Positions 12,571 through 21,515 of a stretch of DNA of 64,000 nt are shown piece by piece (position 1 is the first letter of the stretch; every line of letters starts with the position of its first letter). This stretch comes from an uncultured bacterium (GTDB lineage: Bacteria > Actinomycetota > Coriobacteriia > Coriobacteriales > Coriobacteriaceae), in contig CAJMOP010000001.1 in the NCBI GenBank assembly GCA_905215115.1, positions 2,797 through 66,796 on the forward strand, given 5' to 3'. The notes beneath the pieces are model-generated. The model searched no databases. It was not told the DNA's origin and saw nothing but the letters and a program-made list of their open reading frames with translations. A program made the position numbers and the translations under genes.

Positions 12571-14517
12571 GTGCGCGTGACCGGTCACGACAACATTCCA
12601 ACGCTTGCCGAGCAGGTTTCGCGCGTTCCCACGCAGCCCGGCTGCTACCTTTGGAAAGACGCCAAGGGCGATGTCATCTACGTGGGCAAGGCGAAAAACC
12701 TGCGCGCCCGTATGCGTCAGTACGTGACGCTGCAGGACGAGCGCCAGAAGATCCCGCTGATGATGCAGCTGGTGGCGAGCTTTGACTATATCGTGGTGGA
12801 GACCGAGCACGAGGCGTTGGTGCTCGAGCGCAATTTGATTGGCCAGTACCATCCGTACTTTAACGTCGACCTCAAGGATGACAAGAGCTACCCCTTTATC
12901 GCCATTACAAAGGGCGACCTGTATCCCGCTATCAAATACACGCGTGAGCGTCATAAGCCGGGAACGCGCTATTTTGGACCTTATACCGATAGCCGCGCGG
13001 CGCGTGAGACGATAGATACGCTGCGCAAGGTTATCCCCATCTGCTCCGCATCCTGTGCGGAGTGGCGTCGTTGTCGCCGTATCGTCGAGTCCCACAAGGG
13101 CGAGGAAGACATCGTCAATATGATTTGCGCGCAAAACGGGCGCCCCTGCTTTGACTACCATGTCGGGCGCGGCCCGGGTGCGTGTGTCGGCGCGATTTCC
13201 CCGGCAGACTATGCCAAGAACGTCAAGCGTGTCGAGCGCTTTTTGTCGGGCCATCGCAAGGATGTCGTCGATGAGTTGACCTCCGAGATGGCGGATGCCG
13301 CCGAGGCGCTCGACTTTGAGCGCGCGGCGCGCGTCAAACGTCGTTTGGAGGTCATCAGGGGTCTGGACGACCGCCAGCAAGTCGTTTTTCCCTCCAGTGT
13401 CGATATCGATGTCATCGGGTTCTATCGCGAGGAGACCATCTCCGCCGCTTGCGTCTTCGTCGTTCGCGAGGGCCGAACAGTTCGCACCTGCGAGTTCATT
13501 CTCGACAAGGGCCTTGATGTTGACGAGGAAGAGCTCCAGTCGGGCTTTCTTAAGCGCTATTACGACGAGACGGCTGATATTCCAGCTGAGGTCAACCTTT
13601 CCGTCGAGCTTGAGGATGCGGAGGCGCTGGGGGAGTGGCTTGCGGGCAAACGCGAGCGTTCCTGCCATCTCCATAGGCCGCAGCGTGGCGAAAAGCACCG
13701 TCTGCTCGATATGGCATCCAAAAATGCGCGCCATGCACTCATGCGCTACATGATGCGTACGGGGTATGCCGACGACCGCACCAATCGGGCGCTCCTGGAG
13801 CTCGAAAGCGCGTTGGCGCTGCCATCGCCGCCGTTGCGTATCGAGTGCTTCGATATCTCTACGCTGCATGGCACCTTTACGGTCGCCTCGATGGTGGTGT
13901 TTACCAACGGCCGCGCCGACAAGAGCCAGTACCGCCGCTTTAAAATCCAGGCCGAATTGGACGAGGCGAATGACTTCGTTTCGATGTCCGAGGTTTTGGG
14001 GCGTCGCTATGCTCCCGAGCGGATGGCCGACGAACGTTTTGGCTCGCGCCCCGATCTGCTTGTTGTCGACGGCGGCAAGCCGCAATTGACCGCTGCGATC
14101 AAGCAACTTGAGGCTCTTGGGCTCGATATACCAGTTTGTGGCCTGGCAAAGGCCGATGAGGAGGTTTTCGTGCCTTGGGACGAGACTCCAGTCGTGCTGC
14201 CGACCGGGTCCGCGTCGCTCTATCTAATTAAACAGGTGCGCGATGAATCGCACCGTTTTGCCATCACGTTCCATCGCGAATTGCGCGATAAAGCCATGAC
14301 GGTTTCGGTACTCGATGACGTTCCAGGCGTGGGACCCACCAGAAAACGTGCCCTTATGCGCCATTTTGGCTCGATGAAGCGTTTGCGCGCGGCGAGCGAG
14401 CAAGAGATCGCGGAAGTTCGAGGCGTTCCTGCCGATGTCGCCAAAGCGGTTCACGAGGCGCTCGTTGCATGGAATGCCGAGCGCGCCGAGGCGGCGGCAA
14501 AGCAATCCGAAAACTGA
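12571..14517 (+). CDS. uvrC: Excinuclease ABC subunit C
   Basis: GIY-YIG N-terminus (PGCYLWKDAKGDVIYVGKAKNLRARMRQY), UVR motif (LDFERAARVKRRLE), and a C-terminal HhH2. The GTG start immediately follows the murJ stop; the alternative GTG 12577 is not excluded. Confidence 0.95.
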   Translation: MRVTGHDNIPTLAEQVSRVPTQPGCYLWKDAKGDVIYVGKAKNLRARMRQYVTLQDERQKIPLMMQLVASFDYIVVETEHEALVLERNLIGQYHPYFNVDLKDDKSYPFIAITKGDLYPAIKYTRERHKPGTRYFGPYTDSRAARETIDTLRKVIPICSASCAEWRRCRRIVESHKGEEDIVNMICAQNGRPCFDYHVGRGPGACVGAISPADYAKNVKRVERFLSGHRKDVVDELTSEMADAAEALDFERAARVKRRLEVIRGLDDRQQVVFPSSVDIDVIGFYREETISAACVFVVREGRTVRTCEFILDKGLDVDEEELQSGFLKRYYDETADIPAEVNLSVELEDAEALGEWLAGKRERSCHLHRPQRGEKHRLLDMASKNARHALMRYMMRTGYADDRTNRALLELESALALPSPPLRIECFDISTLHGTFTVASMVVFTNGRADKSQYRRFKIQAELDEANDFVSMSEVLGRRYAPERMADERFGSRPDLLVVDGGKPQLTAAIKQLEALGLDIPVCGLAKADEEVFVPWDETPVVLPTGSASLYLIKQVRDESHRFAITFHRELRDKAMTVSVLDDVPGVGPTRKRALMRHFGSMKRLRAASEQEIAEVRGVPADVAKAVHEALVAWNAERAEAAAKQSEN

Positions 14518-14724
14518 ACACGCCTCTAAACAACTGATATACATGATTGCGTGATTTTCAATCATTTATTTCACGGCGATTACCAGCCGATTTCGGGTTT
14601 AATTAACGCTAAAACGTTTGACTAGCCATGGTGAACAACCCTGCTATCCAGCGGGTTGACGAAGACTGATATCTCACCTCGTCGATACATACTGTCTGGC
14701 GAATCGTTTGTCAATGAATTCGGT

Positions 14725-14745
14725 GAACGGTAGTAAATACCGTTC
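14725..14745. promoter_or_regulatory. Perfect 8-5-8 palindrome upstream of the nan operon (candidate operator)
   Basis: GAACGGTA-GTAAA-TACCGTTC lies in the AT-rich 365-bp leader, about 140 nt before the binding-protein ATG. Confidence 0.25.
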
Positions 14746-14882
14746 AAGCGTATGTATGTATCGGTCGCCGAGCGCGGCACCTCAGTTGGGTTCGTCGGTA
14801 GGTAAGGTATATATCGTCCGCAAGTTGCGCGGGGGCACGTCTAGGCGCTCCCGGGTAAGATTCTCTATTGATAGGAGAAGAC

Positions 14883-16496
14883 ATGGCCATCATCAACAAG
14901 GGTATGTCCAGGCGTTCGTTCCTCGGCCTCACCGGCAGCGTCGCTGCTGTCGCAGGGCTTGGTCTCACCGGCTGCGGTGGCAGCTCTAGCGACGAGGGTT
15001 CCGCTTCCGGTTCCGCCGATTCCGCCAACCGTGGCGGCGGCGTGATCACCGCTGGTTCCGCTTACGCTCCGTCCAGCTTCGACCCCGCCAGCACCGGCTC
15101 CGCTGTGGGCCTGGGTGCTAACTGGCACGTCGTCGAGGGCCTCTACGGCATCGATTACCACGACTACAGCACCTTCAACGAGCTCGCCACCGACGATCCC
15201 AAGTCTGTGGACGACACCACTTTCGAGGTCACCATCCGCAAGGGCGCCAAGTTCTCCGATGGCACTGAGGTCACCGCTGACGATGTCGTTGCCTCCTACA
15301 CCGCTTGCGCCGCTTCCGCTACCTATGCTCCGTTCTTCCAGCCCTTCGAGTCCATCGAGGCCAAGGACGCCAGCACCGTGACGGTCAAGACCAAGGTCCC
15401 CAACTTCTCCCTGCTCAAGGATCGTCTGGCCATCGTCCGCGTTACCCCGGCCACCCAGACCGAGGAGGATCGCGCCAAGCAGCCGATCGGCTCCGGCCCC
15501 TGGATGTACGACTCTATCTCCGATACCGAGATCACCCTGGTTCCCAACCCCGAGTACGACGGTGAGTATGCTGCCGAGGATAAGAAGATCCAGTACAGCA
15601 TCCTGACCGACCCCACCGCTCGCGTTACCGCTCAGCAGGAGGGCTCCACGCTCGTTATGGAGCTCGTTACCGCTGACGCCGTCGACCAGCTCGAGAGCGC
15701 CGGCTGCAAGATCGATAACGTTCAGGGTTTCGGCACCCGCTTCATCATGTTCAACGTCGCCAAGGAGCCTTGGAACAACGTCAAGGTCCGTCAGGCTGTC
15801 ATGTATGCGCTCGACACCGAGAAGATGGTCAGCAACACCTTCGCCGGCCTTGCCACCGCTGCCAGCTGCTACCTGCCCAAGAGCTTCACCAACTATCATG
15901 AGGCTTCCACGGTGTACAAGACCGACGCCAAGAAGGCTAAGAAGCTCATCGAGGAGTCTGGCATCACCCCGGGTGCCATCACCCTGCGCACCACCGACAA
16001 CGAGCAGATTAAGGGCATGGCCGCCCAGGTCAAGAACGACCTCGACGCTCTCGGCTTCGATGTGACCATCCAGACCGATACCTCGCCGGCCACCTACGCT
16101 GCCATCGACGGCGGCGAGGCCTACGATATCCTCCTTGCCCCTGGCGATCCTTCCTGCTTCGGCGCCGACCCCGACCTGCTGCTCAACTGGTGGTACGGCG
16201 ACAACGTCTGGATGCAGACCCGTTGCCCGTGGAAGGAGTCCGCTGAGTGGCAGAAGCTCCACAGTCTCATGGACGAGGCTCTTGCCGCCGAGGGCGACGA
16301 GCAGCAGAAGAAGTGGAACGAGTGCTTTGACATCATTGCCGACAACGCCGTTCTGTACCCCGTTGTCCACGTCAAGACCGTCTCCGCTTCCTGGGACGAT
16401 CCGTCCACTGCGCCCAACGGCGAGGCCCTCGATGGCTTCAAGGGCATCGGCACGACGAGCATGTCCTTCAGGGGCGTTGCGACCGTCAAGGCGTAA
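14883..16496 (+). CDS. ABC transporter substrate-binding lipoprotein, peptide/opine/nickel (family 5) type; likely sialic-acid binding by context
   Basis: Signal and lipobox RRSFLGLTGSVAAVAGLGLTGCGG. Family-5 SBP size and composition. ATG follows AGGAGA. It heads the nan cluster. Confidence 0.8.
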   Translation: MAIINKGMSRRSFLGLTGSVAAVAGLGLTGCGGSSSDEGSASGSADSANRGGGVITAGSAYAPSSFDPASTGSAVGLGANWHVVEGLYGIDYHDYSTFNELATDDPKSVDDTTFEVTIRKGAKFSDGTEVTADDVVASYTACAASATYAPFFQPFESIEAKDASTVTVKTKVPNFSLLKDRLAIVRVTPATQTEEDRAKQPIGSGPWMYDSISDTEITLVPNPEYDGEYAAEDKKIQYSILTDPTARVTAQQEGSTLVMELVTADAVDQLESAGCKIDNVQGFGTRFIMFNVAKEPWNNVKVRQAVMYALDTEKMVSNTFAGLATAASCYLPKSFTNYHEASTVYKTDAKKAKKLIEESGITPGAITLRTTDNEQIKGMAAQVKNDLDALGFDVTIQTDTSPATYAAIDGGEAYDILLAPGDPSCFGADPDLLLNWWYGDNVWMQTRCPWKESAEWQKLHSLMDEALAAEGDEQQKKWNECFDIIADNAVLYPVVHVKTVSASWDDPSTAPNGEALDGFKGIGTTSMSFRGVATVKA

Positions 16497-16653
16497 GACT
16501 CGCTTGAGTCTGTATGCAGGATGTCGGTCGTTGGGACCGTATCCTCATAGTTGAAACAAAGACCCGGGCGACCTCGATGTCGCTCGGGTCTTGTAATGAG
16601 TATCCGTACTCATATACCAGTTGGTCCTACCGACAAAAGAAAGGGGAGAGAAC

Positions 16654-17610
16654 GTGAACAACTTGCTACGTTTGATTGGAAGGCGTCTTGTGGCGCTGCC
16701 GATCATGGCATTGGGCGTCACCGTCCTGGTGTTCTTCCTTATGTCGTTCTCCAAGACCGACCCCGCCTACACGGCGTTGGGTGACGGTGCCTCGCCCGAG
16801 GCGGTTGCCGAGTACCATGAGAAGTATGGTCTGGACGACCCCTGGCCCGTGCGCTACGTGCGCTATATGGGCGATTTGATCCATGGCGACATGGGCACCT
16901 ATGGTGCTGCTCGCAACTCCGTTGCCAAGCGCATCTCCACTGCCCTGCCCGTCACGATGCAGCTGACCTTCATCGGCCTTGCCATCGGTGCGGTCGTTTC
17001 GTTTTTGCTCGGCGTCATCGCGGCACTGTATCGCGACAAATGGCCGGACCAAGTGATCCGCGTCTTTTCCATCGCCGGCTTGGCAACCCCGTCGTTCTGG
17101 CTTGCCGTTCTGTTGATCCTGCTGTTCTCTTCCTACCTTAAGGTGCTTCCGGCATCGGGTGCTCTGCCTCACTTCACCACGAATCCGGCTGGTTATCTGG
17201 GCCGCATGATTATGCCCGCCATCGCCTTGGCATTTCCGCTGACGGGCCAGATGACTCGTATCGTGCGTACCGCCATGGTCGAGGAGCTCGACAAGGACTA
17301 TGTCCGTATGGCTCGCGGTGCCGGCGTTCCCGAGAAGGTCGTCGTCGGTATCAACGTTCTTCGCAATGCGCTGATCACCCCGGTCACCACCCTCGGTCTT
17401 AAGATCGGTTACCTCATGGGCGGCGCCGTCGTCATCGAGGTTATCTTCAACCTCCCCGGCATGGGCACCGCGATTCTGCAGGGCGTTCAGGGCAACGAGG
17501 CGAACCTGGTTCAGGGCGTCGTTATCGTCGTTGCTCTTGCCTTCATCATCATCAACATCGTGGTTGACATGCTCTACCTGCTCATCAACCCGCGCATCAG
17601 GACGGTGTAG
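16654..17610 (+). CDS. ABC transporter permease (DppB/OppB-like)
   Basis: GTG start after GGGGAGAG. Six-TM BPD-type permease ending PRIRTV. Confidence 0.85.
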   Translation: MNNLLRLIGRRLVALPIMALGVTVLVFFLMSFSKTDPAYTALGDGASPEAVAEYHEKYGLDDPWPVRYVRYMGDLIHGDMGTYGAARNSVAKRISTALPVTMQLTFIGLAIGAVVSFLLGVIAALYRDKWPDQVIRVFSIAGLATPSFWLAVLLILLFSSYLKVLPASGALPHFTTNPAGYLGRMIMPAIALAFPLTGQMTRIVRTAMVEELDKDYVRMARGAGVPEKVVVGINVLRNALITPVTTLGLKIGYLMGGAVVIEVIFNLPGMGTAILQGVQGNEANLVQGVVIVVALAFIIINIVVDMLYLLINPRIRTV

Positions 17611-17613
17611 ATT

Positions 17614-19629
17614 ATGGTAAAGATTCGAGAGAAGCAAACCGAGCAGCTCGAGAAGGCTGCCTCCAAGGGGCTCAAGCTCGGTGGCTGGAAGAAGATGACG
17701 CTGTCTTCTAAGATTGCCGCCGTCGTGCTGGTGCTGGTCGCCCTGACTGCGATTCTGGCGCCCCTTCTTGCCCCCTATAGCCCGGTCGAGATCTTTACGG
17801 CTCGCCAGGCTCCCGGCAACGGATTTATCTTCGGTACCGACGATAAGGGTCGCGATATTCTGTCGCGTATGCTCTACGGTGGTCGTTACTCGCTGATTAT
17901 CGGCTTTGGCGCCACTGCCATGGCTCTGGTCTGCGGCTCGGTCGTGGGCGCCCTTGCAGCGGTTTCGCGCAAGGCCGTCTCCGAGACGATCATGCGTATC
18001 TTGGACATCATCATGTCCATCCCGGGTATCGCCCTCGCGGCCGTCTTCGTCTCCATCCTGGGCAACTCCGTGCCGTCGATCATCTTCGCCATCGGCTTTA
18101 TGTACACTCCGCAGATTGCCCGTATCGTGCGCGCCAACATCGTGTCCGAGTACGGAGAGGACTATGTCCGCGCGGTCATCGTTTCCGGCGCCAAGGCTCC
18201 GTGGATTTTGATCAAGCATGTTCTGCGTAACTGCATCGCCCCGATCATGGTCTTCACCGTTACCCTGGTCGCCGACGCCATCATCTTCGAGGCCTCGCTG
18301 ACCTTCATCGGCGCTGGTATCCAGGAGCCCACAGCTACCTGGGGCAACATCCTCGCCGACGCCCGCGGCGGCGTGCTCGCCGGCCGTTGGTGGCAGGCAC
18401 TGTTCCCGGGCCTGGCCATCATGATCACCTGCCTGGCGCTCAACATCCTCTCCGAGGGCATTACCGACGCCATGGCCGCTGCTCCCTCCGCCGCCCTGGA
18501 TCCGACCGATTCCTCCAAGCGTCGCGAGGCCGACCTGCTGGTCTCCGACCCCGTTCGCGCCTACAAGGAGCAGGCCCAGTCCCTCTCCGCTCGCCTTGGC
18601 GCCCTGCGCGATGTCGAGCTCAAGCGTGACGATCGCCATGTGCCTGACGAGTCTGTCGAACCGATTCTCTCGGTCCGCGATTTCTGCATCCAGTTTGAGC
18701 ACCACGGCGATATCAACGTCGTCGACCATGTCAACTTTGACGTCCGTCCTGGTCAGACCATGGGCCTGGTGGGCGAGTCCGGTTGCGGCAAGTCCATCAC
18801 CACGCTGGCCATCATGGGCCTGACCGACGATGACGAGCACCTTTCCGGCGAGGTCCTCTGGGAGGGCCGCGACCTGCTCAAGATGAGCAAGAAGGAGTGG
18901 TTCGGCCTGCGCGGTACCGATATCGCTATGGTCTATCAGGACGCCCTGTCCTCGCTCAACCCCTCCATGCTCATCTCTGCCCAGATGAAGCAGCTCACCA
19001 AGCGCGGCGGCACCCGCAGCGCCGAGGAACTCTTGGAGCTCGTGGGCCTCGACCCCAAGCGTACGCTCGAGAGCTACCCGCATGAGCTTTCCGGTGGCCA
19101 GCGTCAGCGTGTTCTGATCGCTATGGCCCTTACCCGCGACCCCAAGCTGGTCATCTGCGACGAGCCCACGACCGCTCTGGACGTTACCGTCCAGAAGCAG
19201 GTCATCAAGCTGCTCAACGACCTTCAGGCCAAGCTCGGCTTTGCCATGATCTTCGTCTCGCATGACCTGGCGCTGGTCGCCGAGGTCGCCCATAACATCA
19301 CGGTTATGTATGCCGGTCAGGTTATCGAGCAGGCACCCACCAAGGAGCTGCTCACCAACCCGATTCACGAGTACACCCGCGGTCTTCTGGGTTCCGTTCT
19401 GTCCATCGAGAGCGGTTCGGGCCGCCTTCACCAGGTACCCGGCGCCGTTCCGAGCCCGCGCGATTTCCCCAAGGGCGATCGCTTCGCGCCCCGCTCGAGC
19501 CATCCGCGTATTGGCCTGGACACCCGTCCGGTCTTCAAGCGCGTGCCCGGCACCGAGCACTTCTATTCCGAGCTCCCCGACGAGGTGCTCAAGGCAAATG
19601 GTTTGACCCCTCACGCGGAGGTGATGTAG
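17614..19629 (+). CDS. Fused ABC permease (DppC-like) and ATP-binding domain (DppD-like)
   Basis: One continuous 671-aa ORF. The N-terminal roughly 300 aa are a permease. A roughly 60-aa linker follows, then Walker A GESGCGKS, signature LSGGQRQR, and Walker B LVICDEPT. Confidence 0.85.
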   Translation: MVKIREKQTEQLEKAASKGLKLGGWKKMTLSSKIAAVVLVLVALTAILAPLLAPYSPVEIFTARQAPGNGFIFGTDDKGRDILSRMLYGGRYSLIIGFGATAMALVCGSVVGALAAVSRKAVSETIMRILDIIMSIPGIALAAVFVSILGNSVPSIIFAIGFMYTPQIARIVRANIVSEYGEDYVRAVIVSGAKAPWILIKHVLRNCIAPIMVFTVTLVADAIIFEASLTFIGAGIQEPTATWGNILADARGGVLAGRWWQALFPGLAIMITCLALNILSEGITDAMAAAPSAALDPTDSSKRREADLLVSDPVRAYKEQAQSLSARLGALRDVELKRDDRHVPDESVEPILSVRDFCIQFEHHGDINVVDHVNFDVRPGQTMGLVGESGCGKSITTLAIMGLTDDDEHLSGEVLWEGRDLLKMSKKEWFGLRGTDIAMVYQDALSSLNPSMLISAQMKQLTKRGGTRSAEELLELVGLDPKRTLESYPHELSGGQRQRVLIAMALTRDPKLVICDEPTTALDVTVQKQVIKLLNDLQAKLGFAMIFVSHDLALVAEVAHNITVMYAGQVIEQAPTKELLTNPIHEYTRGLLGSVLSIESGSGRLHQVPGAVPSPRDFPKGDRFAPRSSHPRIGLDTRPVFKRVPGTEHFYSELPDEVLKANGLTPHAEVM

Positions 19630-20457
19630 ATGAGCGAGACCGCAGTCAACGGCGTCGAGCCGATCATCTTCCTTGATGACGTCCACGTCACCTTTAGGAC
19701 CCGTACCGGCTCGATTCTGCACCCTAACCTGGTTCACGCCGTCCAGGGTGTAACGATTAGGCTCATGCCCGGTCAGACGATCGGCATCGTCGGCGAGTCC
19801 GGTTGCGGTAAGTCCACCACCGCCAACGTCATGTGCGGCCTGCAGGCCCCCACGAGCGGCAAGGTCTACTTTAAGGGCAAGGACGTTACCAAACGTACCG
19901 CCGAGGACCGTCGCCACATGGGTCGCGTCATCTCGGTCGTGTTCCAGAACCCGGCCACGGCACTCAACCCCCGTATGGTCGTTCGCGAGCAACTGCTCGA
20001 CCCCATGCGCGTCCACAACCTGGGTACCGAGGCCGAGCAGGAGAAGCGCGTCAAGGAGCTCTTGGAGCTCACCGGTCTGCCCAGCTCCGCCGCCGAGGTT
20101 CTTCCCGGCCAGCTTTCGGGCGGCCAGCGTCAGCGCGTCGCAATTGCCCGTGCCCTGTCGCTGAACCCCGATGCCATCATCGCCGACGAGCCCACCTCGG
20201 CTCTGGACGTTTCGGTTCGCGCGCAAATTCTGAACCTGCTGACCGACCTTAAGAAGGAGCTCGGCCTGGCCATGGTGTTCATCAGCCATGACATCCAGAC
20301 GGTCCGCTATATCTCTGACGACATCATCGTTATGAATGGCGGCAAGATCGTCGAGCAGGGCGAGGCCAAGCAGGTCTTCCAGCACCCTCAGGACCCCTAC
20401 ACCAAGATGCTGCTCGGTGCTGCGCCGTCGCTGCTGCATCCCAAGCTCGGCGAGTAG
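19630..20457 (+). CDS. ABC transporter ATP-binding protein (DppF/OppF-like)
   Basis: GESGCGKST, LSGGQRQRVAIARAL, IIADEPTSALD. The ATG directly follows the upstream stop. Confidence 0.9.
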   Translation: MSETAVNGVEPIIFLDDVHVTFRTRTGSILHPNLVHAVQGVTIRLMPGQTIGIVGESGCGKSTTANVMCGLQAPTSGKVYFKGKDVTKRTAEDRRHMGRVISVVFQNPATALNPRMVVREQLLDPMRVHNLGTEAEQEKRVKELLELTGLPSSAAEVLPGQLSGGQRQRVAIARALSLNPDAIIADEPTSALDVSVRAQILNLLTDLKKELGLAMVFISHDIQTVRYISDDIIVMNGGKIVEQGEAKQVFQHPQDPYTKMLLGAAPSLLHPKLGE

Positions 20458-20537
20458 CCTCGCTTTCCCTCCCGTGCGCCCGGTTCCCTTGCCGGGCGCA
20501 CCTCCGTTGCGATTTCGAAAGGTTGGGTTCACGAGCC

Positions 20538-21515
20538 ATGCCAAGTGCTCAGGAGCTACAACAGCAATTTGGTGGGTATCGGGGCGCCATGCCCCGTCCA
20601 TCAGATTTCGATCTCTTTTGGAAGGACCGCATGGCCGAGGCCGACGCCGTCGGACTTGACTATGCGATCGAGACGGCATCGGTCATCGATGCCGTGACCT
20701 GCCAGCTTTTCGACCTCTGGTATACCGGCATGTGTGGCGCTCGCCTGCATGCCAAGTACCTTAAACCCGTCTCGGACGAGCCCGTGCCATTGGTACTTCA
20801 GTTCCATGGGTATCCGGGTGCAAGCCGCAGCTGGTTTGAGCAGGCGTCGTTTGCGGGCATGGGCATGGCACTCATCGCCCTCGACTGCCCCGGCCAAGGA
20901 GGTCCCTCCGAGGACATTGGTGGATTTGAGGGCACAACGGTCGCGGGCCATATCGTCGCCGGTATCGACGGCGATCCGGCCAACCTCTACTATGTCCGCT
21001 TGCACCAAGATATTCGCATCCTGTGCCGCATCGTTCGCGAGCTCGAGGGCATCGATCTTGCCCGTGTGTTTGTGAACGGCGCGTCGCAGGGCGGCGGTTT
21101 GGGCATTGCGACCTGTGCACTTAACAGCGAGCTTATCAATCGCGCCGCCATCCTCTATCCCTTCTTATCGGATTTCCGCCTGGTCTGGGATTTGGATGCC
21201 GACGACATTGCCTACGAGGGCCTGCGCTATTGGTCTCGCTGGTTTGACGAGGACTCGACTCGTATCGACGAAGCCTATGCCAAGCTGGCGTACTTCGATT
21301 CCAAGAACTTTGCCCCTATGGTCAAATGCCCCGTGCTGTTTGGCACCGGCACAGCCGATACCGTCTGTCCGCCAGCGACGCAGTTTGCGGTCTATAACAA
21401 CCTGACCTGTGAAAAGCGTCATGAGTTCTTTGAAGGCTTTGGCCACGAGGAGATTCAGGATTTTGACGATCTGATCATTCCGTTTTTCTGCAAGGGAGGG
21501 GAGGCTCATGTCTAA
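20538..21515 (+). CDS. CE7-family acetyl esterase (acetylxylan esterase / cephalosporin-C deacetylase-like); candidate sialate O-acetylesterase by context
   Basis: CE7-like N-terminus (PRPSDFDLFWKD), nucleophile elbow GASQGGG, Asp in GTADTVCPP, and His in GHEE. Confidence 0.75.
   Translation: MPSAQELQQQFGGYRGAMPRPSDFDLFWKDRMAEADAVGLDYAIETASVIDAVTCQLFDLWYTGMCGARLHAKYLKPVSDEPVPLVLQFHGYPGASRSWFEQASFAGMGMALIALDCPGQGGPSEDIGGFEGTTVAGHIVAGIDGDPANLYYVRLHQDIRILCRIVRELEGIDLARVFVNGASQGGGLGIATCALNSELINRAAILYPFLSDFRLVWDLDADDIAYEGLRYWSRWFDEDSTRIDEAYAKLAYFDSKNFAPMVKCPVLFGTGTADTVCPPATQFAVYNNLTCEKRHEFFEGFGHEEIQDFDDLIIPFFCKGGEAHV

Noticed and set aside
11281-14106. Very long antisense ORFs opposite well-supported genes. 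Examples: 11281-14106 (-), 16666-20679 (-), 37409-39652 (-), 33699-35423 (-), 28485-29810 (-), 30300-31910 (-), 14865-16370 (-), 47432-49237 (-).
   Set aside because: These are typical shadow ORFs of high-GC DNA. Their translations are low-complexity (Arg/Gly/Ala/Asp/His-rich) with no recognisable motifs. The opposite strand encodes proteins with clear family signatures and RBSs.
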